Source: a virus (lineage: Duplodnaviria > Caudoviricetes). Taken from it: a DNA stretch of 57,929 nt. The DNA lies in the IMG/VR virus record IMGVR_UViG_3300025009_000123, positions 1 through 57,929 of that record; one strand, given 5' to 3'. Within the stretch, counting starts at the first letter, position 1. Every line of letters begins with the position of its first letter. The position numbers and the translations under genes were made by a program. Below are positions 46,489-55,821 of this stretch, piece after piece. The notes beneath the pieces are model-generated. The model had not been told where the DNA came from. It saw nothing but the letters and a program-made list of their open reading frames with translations, and ran no database searches.

Positions 46489-46533
46489 ATTTTATATTGC
46501 CTTTTTCTAAAAAAAAGGGGGGGCGGGTCTTTT

Positions 46534-46708
46534 GGGAGCCAACGGGAGCCAATATTTGGGGGTTTTCGTAAAATGTGAATAGCTATAAGTATCTGATATT
46601 ATGGTGGGCCGTGTTGGAATCGAACCAACAACCTACTGATTAAGAGTTAGTGCGCCCTGTTTTATATGTTTAATATCATTGATATTTTATAAGCCTGTTT
46701 TGGCTCCC
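46534..46708. mobile_element. attP: attP: core plus integrase arm-type sites
   Basis: GGGAGCCAA at 46534 and 46544 and inverted at 46700, flanking a tRNA-derived core; IHF-consensus match (TATCAGATACTTA, minus strand) at about 46586-46598. Confidence 0.8.
46602..46647 (-). tRNA. 3' half of tRNA-Lys(CTT), att core (not a full tRNA)
   Basis: Reverse complement ACTCTTAATCAGTAGGTTGTTGGTTCGATTCCAACACGGCCCACCA contains the anticodon loop, T-arm and CCA; no D-arm or 5' acceptor strand. Confidence 0.85.
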
Positions 46709-46718
46709 TGGCAACGGC

Positions 46719-47696
46719 TCATCCAAATACCGACCTAATCTGTTGAGAATGTTTTTTAAATGTAGTGTGTAAATATATCTGGGTCGTGCTGATACTCGCA
46801 TGGCCAAGCATGTCCTGAACGCTCTTTAGATCTGTGCCGCCTTCGAGTCCGTGGCTCGCAAAGGCGTGTCTCAGCATGTGCGGCGTAACCCCTTTAACGC
46901 CAGCCCGCTTAAGAGTCGCCTTCCATGCCGTCTTAAACGATCCGATATTGTCCCATACAAACAGGCTGGAAGAGGATGATTCTTGATAGATTAAAAGCGA
47001 TTCTAAAAGCATGGATGATAGTGGGATTATCCTTTCCTTATCGCCCTTGCCGTTTACTCTGAGATATCCTGATTCAAAATTGATATCAGACCATTTTAAA
47101 GAGCGGGCCTCCTGTGATCTTAAGCCGGCATGGTACAGGGCTATAAACAATGAGCGGTGAAATGGGCCTGACGCATGTTCGATTATGCGATATATCGTAT
47201 CCGGATCAGGGATGTCGGGTAATTTTTTCTTATATGGCAGGGGGCTTAACTTCATTGATGGTTCATTACACAGGCCGCGCCCAAATCCCCACTTCAACAT
47301 GGCCTGCAAGCACAGCAATTCCAGATTGACCTGGCGATATATTTTCCTTCCGTCTCCAAGCCTTTTTTGTTTATAGGCATCGACGATTTGCGGTGTTATC
47401 CGGTCCGGCATTAGCGCCCCAAAGTAGGGCAATATCGACGCAAACAGCATGCGCTTTTTTTCTCTTGCCGTCTTGGCCGCCTGGTGCATATCCATCCAGA
47501 CGATATATTTTTCAGCAACAAAAGATATGTTGTAGGCTGACAAATCTTCCCTGCCAAGCTCACGGCGGTATTTTGTTTCAAACGCCAGGGCTTCTATATC
47601 CGATCTCGCCTTAACCCTTTTGCGAAAGCGATATCCCCTGCTGCCCATGGGAATATTAATATCATATACTCCGGTTCTGACTTTTCGGATCGACAT
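46719..47696 (-). CDS. int: Tyrosine integrase
   Basis: GLR..E, GKGDKER, HMLRH, LGHASISTTQIY; likely start MSIRKVR. Confidence 0.95.
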   Translation of the reverse strand: MSIRKVRTGVYDINIPMGSRGYRFRKRVKARSDIEALAFETKYRRELGREDLSAYNISFVAEKYIVWMDMHQAAKTAREKKRMLFASILPYFGALMPDRITPQIVDAYKQKRLGDGRKIYRQVNLELLCLQAMLKWGFGRGLCNEPSMKLSPLPYKKKLPDIPDPDTIYRIIEHASGPFHRSLFIALYHAGLRSQEARSLKWSDINFESGYLRVNGKGDKERIIPLSSMLLESLLIYQESSSSSLFVWDNIGSFKTAWKATLKRAGVKGVTPHMLRHAFASHGLEGGTDLKSVQDMLGHASISTTQIYLHTTFKKHSQQIRSVFG

Positions 47697-47850
47697 AATC
47701 ATTTTTAATATTCCTCTTTTTTTGAAACCGCAAGACATCATTTTTAACCTTTTCCTCCATCTGTGCCGGAGACAGGCTGGGGGTCTTGTCCAGTCCGAGG
47801 GCAACAAGTATGAGGTCTAATTTGCGGTTTATGGTTTCAAGGTCGTTCAT
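47662..47850 (-). CDS. Hypothetical 62-aa protein overlapping the int start
   Basis: ATGA-coupled to the upstream gene. Confidence 0.5.
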   Translation of the reverse strand: MNDLETINRKLDLILVALGLDKTPSLSPAQMEEKVKNDVLRFQKKRNIKNDYVDPKSQNRSI

Positions 47851-48356
47851 TTTTTATTTGCGCTTTCCAGATATTCAAGAAAATCTATAAGTTGCCATCC
47901 CGTTATCCTTTTATTAACTTTTTTTCCGTGCTTTGTGATCCTTTCCCCTATTGGCACCCATCCCAGCTCCCCCGACTCCATCCACCGTTTAATTTTGGAG
48001 ATGCCAATAGATAATATCTGAGAAACATCTGAAATCGAATATAGCGGGTTAAACCGCACCATTCTACGCTCAAGATCCTTAATGCTTTCCTCGAGAGCCT
48101 TTCTGTGTTCTTCTGCAGATAGCTTTGCTATATTGTGTAAAGGCTTATTATTAATTATGGCATCCCGCTCAGCCTTCAAAGCCATTTCGCGTGATTCATA
48201 CGGCTCTATGTCTATGCGCGATATATCATTAAACCAAAAAGAGCCTCCTCTGTGCTGAGCAAGGCGGTGAAGATGGTTGAGGGATATGCCAACATAAAGC
48301 AAAACACCATTTTTATCGTAATGTTTGTAAAGAAAAGTGGTATTTATATTGTTCAT
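47847..48356 (-). CDS. GIY-YIG nuclease fused to an excisionase-like HTH
   Basis: LYKHYD..LLYVGIS..RL.QH..E..AI...P.HN, then LYSISDVSQILSIG..KIKRW..SGEL. Confidence 0.7.
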   Translation of the reverse strand: MNNINTTFLYKHYDKNGVLLYVGISLNHLHRLAQHRGGSFWFNDISRIDIEPYESREMALKAERDAIINNKPLHNIAKLSAEEHRKALEESIKDLERRMVRFNPLYSISDVSQILSIGISKIKRWMESGELGWVPIGERITKHGKKVNKRITGWQLIDFLEYLESANKK

Positions 48357-48432
48357 TTATGGTTCCTTGTGGCCCGCAATAGCGGCTATGTCGGGTCGGG
48401 ATATTTCCATTACATTAAACCCTCTTTACCCC

Positions 48433-49194
48433 TCACGTTGTTTTGTGCCACGGTAAATCGTTATGGGTGCGTCCGTCCAGCATGCGCCCAGCTTCCTTGC
48501 TGACATGCTTTAGGAAGAACGGCACTCCTGCCTCTTCGCATTCGTTGCGAATCCCTCTCACCCATTGCAAATCCATAAATCTTGCTCCGGGACCGGTTTC
48601 TGCCCCAAGAATTACACCGTCAATTAATCTTAATCCGTCAAGGTGGTTGGTCGTTTCAGGATATGGCTTAGTCGCCATGCCATCCCAAGCAACCATCCAG
48701 CGTAAAGAAATCGGCCCCAAGCACGGCTCAATGCTCAAAAACTTCTTCCCCGGCACCCGCAGGAAGATAGGTATCTTTTCATCTGCCTCCTGCTGGTTAA
48801 CAACCGTTAAACCATGCCAGATATTTTCGGGAAAGGGAACTCCATGTTCGGTGTACCATTCAACAAAGCGGAGCATATTTTGAGGGCGTTTTGTAAGGAT
48901 TAAAAAAGTATGCTGTTCCACCGACCAGATAACCCGGTAAGTCTGCTCCTGAAAACCGTCTTTCACATCCTCATGAAACAAATCATTCCATATCGCATAC
49001 ACTGTCGGCTTCTTGCGCTTCAAAGGTACGCTCAGGCGTTCAGGATGAACTTCAATCTTGCCTTCAACGCCCTTGTGAAATCGCTTCTCCATAGCCAAAG
49101 ACCAACAATGTTCACACCCTGGAGAACAGCGAGTGCAAGAAGACACTAAACTCCACGGCAAGTCCCAATATCTTCCTTTTGAAATATCAATCAT
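48433..49194 (-). CDS. DUF5131 / Gp37Gp68 family protein
   Basis: CTRCSPGCEHC, DLFHE, ILTKRP, FLSIEP, GAETGPGAR, VPFFLK. Confidence 0.9.
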   Translation of the reverse strand: MIDISKGRYWDLPWSLVSSCTRCSPGCEHCWSLAMEKRFHKGVEGKIEVHPERLSVPLKRKKPTVYAIWNDLFHEDVKDGFQEQTYRVIWSVEQHTFLILTKRPQNMLRFVEWYTEHGVPFPENIWHGLTVVNQQEADEKIPIFLRVPGKKFLSIEPCLGPISLRWMVAWDGMATKPYPETTNHLDGLRLIDGVILGAETGPGARFMDLQWVRGIRNECEEAGVPFFLKHVSKEAGRMLDGRTHNDLPWHKTT

Positions 49195-49601
49195 GCTTTT
49201 ACCTCCTTTAATTCCATATTGTTAGGCACATCAAACAGACCGAGCCTGCCTTTGTACGGAATGAAGTCTATCGGCTTGGGGTTCTCAACCACCCATCCCC
49301 AAGGGCCGAACATCCAAGGGCTATAATCAGCGGAACGCACCATCTTTTTTAGATTTACCATTCCAATTATCCCACCCATCTGGAAATCTTTATAAGCAGG
49401 AATATCATCAAGCCTTAAGGTAAGACGCTCATTACATAAGGCGTTTTCAACAAGCCAGTTATAGCCAGCGTTATCGAATGTTTTTGACGCATGGATTAAA
49501 AGCGGCCCTCGATAGTTTGTAGTCCATGTTCTGTTTTCGATGTTTTTCCCCAAACATATAACAGCATGAGCCCACGGTTGTTTCAACGATAGCGCTTTCA
49601 T
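49191..49601 (-). CDS. ASCH domain protein
   Basis: KALSLKQPWA..GKNIENRTW..YRGPLLIHAS..KGRLGLF. Confidence 0.9.
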   Translation of the reverse strand: MKALSLKQPWAHAVICLGKNIENRTWTTNYRGPLLIHASKTFDNAGYNWLVENALCNERLTLRLDDIPAYKDFQMGGIIGMVNLKKMVRSADYSPWMFGPWGWVVENPKPIDFIPYKGRLGLFDVPNNMELKEVKA

Positions 49602-49807
49602 TATTTTATGTCCTTATTCTGCCATGCTTTATGCGTCACATTTCTGCCGATCAACCCCGCGATCCTGTGAACCTCTGCTTGACTGATCTCCTCCTTCGGT
49701 ATTTTCCTCTCTGCCAGCAACCGGGAATAATGCAAAAACGATTGCCACGCCGCTTCAACTTTCTTTTCCAAAAGGTCTATTGGTATTTCGTTTTCGTTCA
49801 TGGCCAT
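49601..49807 (-). CDS. Hypothetical protein
   Basis: Coupled ORF in the operon. Confidence 0.5.
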   Translation of the reverse strand: MAMNENEIPIDLLEKKVEAAWQSFLHYSRLLAERKIPKEEISQAEVHRIAGLIGRNVTHKAWQNKDIK

Positions 49808-50109
49808 TACTTTCCTTTCACATAAGCTATTATCTGTTCAACGCTCCTGATAACCAGATAATTTCCGCCCCTTGATTCAATCTCTTTCTGGAATACGAGC
49901 TGGTTGTCAGACAGCTTCCCGGTCTCCGTTTTAATCTCGATAAACAATACCTTTCCATCTTTCACGGCAGTTAAATCAGACATTCCGGGATAACAACCTA
50001 ACCCCTGGAAATTGTTAATTACATACCATCTTTCAAATCTGAGAATATTTCTAACGCCGTTTTTAATATTCCCCTCTATGGACTTGGACTTTGGTTTTTT
50101 CGATCTCAT
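49807..50109 (-). CDS. VRR-NUC (PD-D/ExK) nuclease
   Basis: GMSDL..FIEIK..G.LS.NQ..F...RS. Confidence 0.85.
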   Translation of the reverse strand: MRSKKPKSKSIEGNIKNGVRNILRFERWYVINNFQGLGCYPGMSDLTAVKDGKVLFIEIKTETGKLSDNQLVFQKEIESRGGNYLVIRSVEQIIAYVKGK

Positions 50110-50208
50110 ATTTTCCTTTCAAGTTGCCCGGACTACCCGACCATACTCCGGGATTCTACTGGCTGTGCTGTGAGTATCCCCATACTCGTTATCGGGGCCA
50201 GCGGGGTT

Positions 50209-50628
50209 TTATGATTCAGGCCATTTAATACCGTTGTCTTTAAAGGCTTCCGGCTTATATCTGCTCCAATAGTTTCCGCTTTCTTTAAAAGAAATCATCC
50301 TGCCGATTATTAAATTGGTATCTTTTGACGTGAGATTCAAAACTATCCCAAAATATTCAAAATCAAGTTTTTTATGGAAACCCCATTCATTCGACTGATT
50401 AAAATCCACCACTTCAACAAGAACATATTCCTTGCTATGTTTTTGTGTTGATAATACAACCAGGTCGCCGGGTTTATAGATAGGAAGATTATAAGGAGAT
50501 TGCTTCTTATCTCGCTTTGCCTTTCTTAGTTGGTAATCCCTCATAGCCTTATGCCTGACTTCTGAAAACTTACAGTCGTTGTTAAGGCTTATGCCGAATG
50601 TTTTGTCGGTTGCCGGTGATGTTTGCAA
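50209..50628 (-). CDS. Hypothetical protein (start may be ATG 50544)
   Basis: ORF fills the gap in the operon. Confidence 0.45.
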   Translation of the reverse strand: MQTSPATDKTFGISLNNDCKFSEVRHKAMRDYQLRKAKRDKKQSPYNLPIYKPGDLVVLSTQKHSKEYVLVEVVDFNQSNEWGFHKKLDFEYFGIVLNLTSKDTNLIIGRMISFKESGNYWSRYKPEAFKDNGIKWPES

Positions 50629-50643
50629 TTATGCCCTCCTTTT

Positions 50644-52302
50644 TTATGCCACTTTCCAACTGACGTTAATAGGCACCGCTTTTGTCGATACCCTGGGCCT
50701 GCCTGTTCCCCTGATAAAATTCAAAGGGTACGCTGTTTTGATATAAGACAGACAGTTTTCAAGCTCTGGAATGGTCATGTTCTCGCGCTTTTTACCGGCA
50801 AAGTAGGCGTAAACCTCGGCGTTGATTTTCTTCGGATTATGTCTGTTCTGAAAACTGAACGTCCTGATATGGCTTTCGATCTGCGCCCGGAGATCCGCCT
50901 CAATCTCTGAGTTCGTCTTCAGGGCCATATTGTCGGTGCCGGCAAATTGGTGCGCTGGTAATTGAGAATAACCGTTGAGCATTCTTGACGATAAAGGGGT
51001 AATTCTTGGCTCATTTCCAAAAAGCCCACCCTGTTCGCCTGGCAACAATCCGGATTCTTTTCGTGCCTGACGAGACCATTCTACGGCCATGGCTTCGGAC
51101 TGGTCGGCATCTATTCTTGCGGCCAATTCCGTAAACATTCGATCTGCCGGAGCAAAAACATATCCTTTCTGTGTCTCATACGGTCCGGCCATGGGGTCTA
51201 TTCTAACCGCTCGACCGCACATCTGAATTATCCAAGGCTCAGACCTGATATTTGTCAGGCAGGCGATATGGCTTATCGATGGACAGTCAAGCCCCTCGTA
51301 TGCAACTTGGCAGGTTACAAGGACATCAGCTTTTCCGGCTTTGAACTTTTTTATTGATTTAAGCGCTGCTTTATCGTCGTCGCTGGTGGCGATCAGAGCG
51401 TTCAGCCCCTGTCCTTGCAAATATTTCGTGTATTCCTTCGTTACTTTAATATTCGCGGCCACAACAAGCAGCCGTGAGCTTGGATGCGCCTTTCTGTGTC
51501 TCTTCCAGTGCAAAACCGAGGTTTCTAAAAGCTCCTTCGCATAGCCGGTGTGGAGTGCTGTAAACAAAGCGTCTCTTGCTTCCGGCGTTGCCGTTGAAAT
51601 CTTTGATCGTTTTTCTTTTCCGTTTTTCTCCCAGCTCGCCTGTCCATCATGCAATACGAATTCCAGAGGAATTATGCTTTTGTCAGCCAGCGCGTCAGTT
51701 CGGCTATACTCAATAAAATGGGTTTCGCTGTCACCTTCCAAATCGGGTAAGAGGCAATCCCCCGATTGTCGGTATGGGGTAAAGGCAATTTTCTTTTTAT
51801 CGCCACGGCCCAAGGTGCCGGTGAGCAATATTCTGTATCGCGCCGCTTCATACAGAGGCAAAACAGCCTTCATCCATTCACCGTCTTCAGCCTCAAGATG
51901 ATGATATTCATCAATTACAAGAATATATCTCCGGCGCCGAAGCTCATTTAATACAGTGGAATATTTATCAACCGCTATTGCCTGTAGTGTCGTTATAAAA
52001 CCGTCTGTCCCCCGGCATGGATCGATTTCGTTTGTTGATGATCTTATTAAAAGATTGTGGCCGATCATTTCCCTGAAAAAAGGGCTTATGAAGTTTCTTT
52101 CTCCCTGATCCTGAAGAGACGACCGAGGGCATAGCCAGCAAATCTTGTCTGCCAGTCCTGCCGATATCAGTTTTCCGGCCTGCATGGGAATTGCTGACTT
52201 TCCGGCTCCGGGCGTTGCATACACAACGATGTTTCTTGTTTGAGAGCTCGCTATTATCTGGTCAATTATCTGCTGAAATTCCTGCTGATGTTTGCGTAAC
52301 AT
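50644..52302 (-). CDS. SF2 DExH helicase
   Basis: LRKHQ, TPGAGKS, DEYHH, LTGT, EGLDCP, QMCGRAVR. Confidence 0.9.
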   Translation of the reverse strand: MLRKHQQEFQQIIDQIIASSQTRNIVVYATPGAGKSAIPMQAGKLISAGLADKICWLCPRSSLQDQGERNFISPFFREMIGHNLLIRSSTNEIDPCRGTDGFITTLQAIAVDKYSTVLNELRRRRYILVIDEYHHLEAEDGEWMKAVLPLYEAARYRILLTGTLGRGDKKKIAFTPYRQSGDCLLPDLEGDSETHFIEYSRTDALADKSIIPLEFVLHDGQASWEKNGKEKRSKISTATPEARDALFTALHTGYAKELLETSVLHWKRHRKAHPSSRLLVVAANIKVTKEYTKYLQGQGLNALIATSDDDKAALKSIKKFKAGKADVLVTCQVAYEGLDCPSISHIACLTNIRSEPWIIQMCGRAVRIDPMAGPYETQKGYVFAPADRMFTELAARIDADQSEAMAVEWSRQARKESGLLPGEQGGLFGNEPRITPLSSRMLNGYSQLPAHQFAGTDNMALKTNSEIEADLRAQIESHIRTFSFQNRHNPKKINAEVYAYFAGKKRENMTIPELENCLSYIKTAYPLNFIRGTGRPRVSTKAVPINVSWKVA

Positions 52303-52908
52303 TTATTGAATGCTCCCCCATAGCTTCCCGCTCTTTATCTGAGAAATTGCATTTTGTGGAACGCCGTATATAGCGCCTATTTCTTTTTGTTTCTTGCCCT
52401 CATTAAGTAGTTTACGGATTTCCCTAACCCTCTCGTCATTAAGTTTTGTTGTCCTTTTGTTCTGATTATTCACCGTACCTGTTACAAAACGGCAGTTGCC
52501 CGGTTCATAATTTCCATCGACAGCTTCCCGGTCTATCTGAAGATCATCGGAATAGCCGTTTGCAAGTGCCCAATCACGAAAGGGAACGAACGCCATCCAC
52601 TCTTCGCAAACCTTAATTCCCCGGCCTCCATAATGTATGAATGATTCTGATTTCGGGTTAAGGCACCGCTCCTTCATCCCCTTCCAAATTCCATAAATCC
52701 TGGTACCAAATCCACTATGAGGTTTTCGAACGCAACCGCACGAAACCGCATGTCCAGACCTTAGGTTTCCGGCTGCAATAATCGCCTCCTTACCGCACTC
52801 GCAGCGGCACACCCACTTATAACTGCCATATCTCGTGTTTTCTTCGTGGCGCCGGATAACAGTTAGCCTGTTCACCCTGGTGCCCGTTAAATTAATTGCC
52901 GCTCCCAT
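52303..52908 (-). CDS. HNH-like homing-endonuclease-related protein with a C-terminal HTH
   Basis: W.C.CECG..SCGC, RIYGIW.GMKERC, YGGRGIKVCEEW, IDR..DGNYEPGNCRF. Confidence 0.8.
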   Translation of the reverse strand: MGAAINLTGTRVNRLTVIRRHEENTRYGSYKWVCRCECGKEAIIAAGNLRSGHAVSCGCVRKPHSGFGTRIYGIWKGMKERCLNPKSESFIHYGGRGIKVCEEWMAFVPFRDWALANGYSDDLQIDREAVDGNYEPGNCRFVTGTVNNQNKRTTKLNDERVREIRKLLNEGKKQKEIGAIYGVPQNAISQIKSGKLWGSIQ

Positions 52909-52921
52909 ATTTATCCTCCAT

Positions 52922-53335
52922 TTATCTAAAATCCCCATCCTGATAATCAATTTCGTTAGGGTTCGGAATATAACAGCCTAAAAATTCCGCAGCCCACCTT
53001 TGAATCTGTTCATAGTATTCAATAAACCGTTTTGTATCCATCTTGGCCGTGCTCTCGGTAATTGTCAGCCCGGTTTCCGGATCAATTTTACTGGCAAACT
53101 TAACCTTTAAAGCGTCGTGCATTGAGTCCTTGTCAAACCCTGTATGATTGCTTAAAATCTCAATTACAATTCCCCAGTACGCGGCATTCTGCTGTAGGGA
53201 ACGCTTTGATTTCGGCAGTCTTAAAATCAGTTCAATCTTTTTGCCCTCGAGTGCAGCCAGTCTCACAATATATTTATGAGGATTATCGAGTTTCAGCTTG
53301 CCTTTTTCTATTGTGCCGGTGAAGACAGGGTTCAT
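52922..53335 (-). CDS. NinB/YbcN-like recombination accessory protein
   Basis: KRSLQQNAAYWG..H..LK..ST.KM...F..Y.E.I..WA....IP.P. Confidence 0.65.
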   Translation of the reverse strand: MNPVFTGTIEKGKLKLDNPHKYIVRLAALEGKKIELILRLPKSKRSLQQNAAYWGIVIEILSNHTGFDKDSMHDALKVKFASKIDPETGLTITESTAKMDTKRFIEYYEQIQRWAAEFLGCYIPNPNEIDYQDGDFR

Positions 53336-55821
53336 GCCCATGTCGGATTTTCCCCTGCCTCAAACTTTAGAATATGATCAGCAAGGTTCCTGCAAGATGG
53401 CTTATGTGATATAAAATACAGGGTTTTGAATTTCCCTATCTGCATAAAAGCCTGATACATCTTTACGAAGTTTATCGAATTATCGGGATCTAAGGGACCA
53501 TCCATTTCATCGGCAAAAGCCGATTCATACACTCGCCCTGATTTCTCCTGACTTAATAACGTCATGGCCAACCTGAGAGCCATTAAGATCCATACCCTCT
53601 GGCCTCCGGAAAGATTTTCAAGCAAAACCTCGGTTCCATCGTCTGCTATTGTCACTATGTCCAGACATTCTTTGCCATCGTCGTCAAGCGTCCTGAACTT
53701 AACAGAGAATAAAGGCCCGAATGCCTGAGATAATAAATCGTTGGCATAACCAGTGATCAGGGGTGCAGCACCGTCTATTTCCAAAGCCTGTAGCCCGTTC
53801 TTCGAGCAAGCATTCCTCAGGTAAGTCCATTCTGAGGCGTTTCTTACCAGCAGGTCTTTCTGCCCCTGTATTTCCAAGAGTTCCTTTTCGGCATCGAGCA
53901 TACTTGATAAATCATGGTTGGCTTTCGATATCAGGTCCCGGACTTCGGCAATCTTTTTTTCAATTAATGGGAGTTGTTTTTCGGCGTCTTCGATATTTTG
54001 TTTTGCTATTGCGAGTTCGGTTTCGGCGCCGTGATTAATGTCCTTGTCAATTTCAGCCTGCTTAATAACAAGCTCCTGAATCTGCTGCAATTTGGCCTGT
54101 TCTTTCTCTGTCCATGTGGCCCGGAGTGTTTTCCCTGCTGCGGTTATTTCCTCTAATTTGGCTGTGATATCGGCTTTCCGGATAATTGCTATTTCCAGTT
54201 CTGCTTTGCGTTCCGAAAGAGCCTTGACTTCTGCCAGTTTCTTCTGAGAGGTTTGAATATTTCCCTTCGTGATTTTTAGTTGGTCAGAATATTGAAGGTG
54301 GAGATGTTTTACGGCTTTTATTAACCTCTCTATTGTTGTGGCCCCGTCCGATAACGCTGCCTGTTTGGTAATATTTTCTTGCAGTCTGGTATCCGCATCC
54401 TGTTCATTCAGTTTGTTTTTGCCCTTTAAAATATCAATTTCAATCTGTATGTCTGACCGTTCCTTTTCGACCTCGGCTTTTCTTTCCCCACATTCAACCT
54501 CGGCTCCGGGAAGCGCATCACGGGCAGCGAGGGCATCTTTAATATACAGACAGGAATTTTCACCCTCTGGACACCCGGGATCTCTGAAAGCCAGTTTTTT
54601 AATGCTTTCCTTGTGCTGTTTAATCGCGCTTTCAAGCTCGTATAGTTTGCGGTCATTATCCAGATTCCGAAGAGATATCAACTTGCTGTCAATGTCGTTT
54701 TGAGTTTGAAGAATCAACCGGGTAAGCTCGGTGAGTTTTGGATCATTATCCAGATCCCTTACCGACTGTCTTTTAATCAGCAATTCAGATTCAAGCCTGT
54801 GAATTTCAGCCAGACTTTTTGAAATTTCTTCGGTAAGCTGCTCAACAATTTTATTAAGATCCAATACCTGATTATTGAGCCATGCCTCTGTATCACCCGC
54901 CTCGTTTATTGCGTCCTGGATTGATATCACGGCCTCGAATTTTGCCAGTTCTGCAGAAACCTCACGATATTTCACTTTTAAGACTTCGATCTCTGTTTCC
55001 GCCCCTGATTTCTCTGCATCTAACTCTTTCTGCAGCTTGCCAATATTTTCCGCGATATCTGCCCGGCGCTGAATTGCGATTGTGTTTTGTGCCAACTTTT
55101 CTTTGAGCTTTTCAACAAGTTCCCGGTAGGAAATGAGCTCCGCTTTTTTACAGTCAAGATCAGCAACAAAAGAAATATGTTCTCGCTCATGCGTTTCGAT
55201 ATCTTTCCGGGCCTGCTCAATTCCTGACAGCTTTTCTTTGAGTGCCGCGATCCGGATATCAACCTGACTCGCTTTCCCATTAATTACATTCGCGCACTGT
55301 TTCGCGGTGTTCTCGTATTCGACAAGACGGTCTAAGCGCAGGAATTCAGAAAACAACTCCTTGAGCTTACCTGTCGTCAGATCTGATAGTTTTTTTGCGT
55401 TCTGTGAGCAGAATACAGAATTATAAAAAAGCTCCGGAGATCCGAAGAGGTCTTTCATGTATTTTGCGTATGCGGATATTTTCCCGTTTACAACCGGTTC
55501 CCCATCCAGCCAGATATATCCTTCGGACTTTTCAGAATCGCAGTCTATTTTTAATAGAGTTTTGTAATGATGGCCCTGATAGCTGAAAGAGAGTTCTTTC
55601 TCGGAATCCCTCAAATATACATGCCGGAATAAAGCGCCTTCTCTTGAAGCTAACTGATTGTACGGCCCCAAATTCTCAAGGACAGTAGATTTCCCCGCTC
55701 CGTTCATTCCATCAAAAGCGACAAGGCCGGAAATGTTCTTGAAGTCTATTTCTATCTCGTCCAGGCCAAGCCCTTTCTGGATGCCAGTGAAGCCTTTTAA
55801 TCGTAGTTTTTCTATTATCAT
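53332..55821 (-). CDS. sbcC: SbcC/Rad50-like SMC ATPase
   Basis: GMNGAGKST, Q-loop FCSQ, long coiled coil, LSGGQ, ADEMDGPLD, FISH. Confidence 0.9.
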   Translation of the reverse strand: MIIEKLRLKGFTGIQKGLGLDEIEIDFKNISGLVAFDGMNGAGKSTVLENLGPYNQLASREGALFRHVYLRDSEKELSFSYQGHHYKTLLKIDCDSEKSEGYIWLDGEPVVNGKISAYAKYMKDLFGSPELFYNSVFCSQNAKKLSDLTTGKLKELFSEFLRLDRLVEYENTAKQCANVINGKASQVDIRIAALKEKLSGIEQARKDIETHEREHISFVADLDCKKAELISYRELVEKLKEKLAQNTIAIQRRADIAENIGKLQKELDAEKSGAETEIEVLKVKYREVSAELAKFEAVISIQDAINEAGDTEAWLNNQVLDLNKIVEQLTEEISKSLAEIHRLESELLIKRQSVRDLDNDPKLTELTRLILQTQNDIDSKLISLRNLDNDRKLYELESAIKQHKESIKKLAFRDPGCPEGENSCLYIKDALAARDALPGAEVECGERKAEVEKERSDIQIEIDILKGKNKLNEQDADTRLQENITKQAALSDGATTIERLIKAVKHLHLQYSDQLKITKGNIQTSQKKLAEVKALSERKAELEIAIIRKADITAKLEEITAAGKTLRATWTEKEQAKLQQIQELVIKQAEIDKDINHGAETELAIAKQNIEDAEKQLPLIEKKIAEVRDLISKANHDLSSMLDAEKELLEIQGQKDLLVRNASEWTYLRNACSKNGLQALEIDGAAPLITGYANDLLSQAFGPLFSVKFRTLDDDGKECLDIVTIADDGTEVLLENLSGGQRVWILMALRLAMTLLSQEKSGRVYESAFADEMDGPLDPDNSINFVKMYQAFMQIGKFKTLYFISHKPSCRNLADHILKFEAGENPTWA

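Noticed and set aside
46575-46680. Full tRNA gene
   Set aside because: Only the anticodon loop to CCA is present; the 5' anticodon stem is mismatched and the D-arm is missing, so it is an att core.
48357-48411. 17-codon micro-ORF and weak hairpin before the GIY-YIG gene
   Set aside because: Too short and weakly supported to call.
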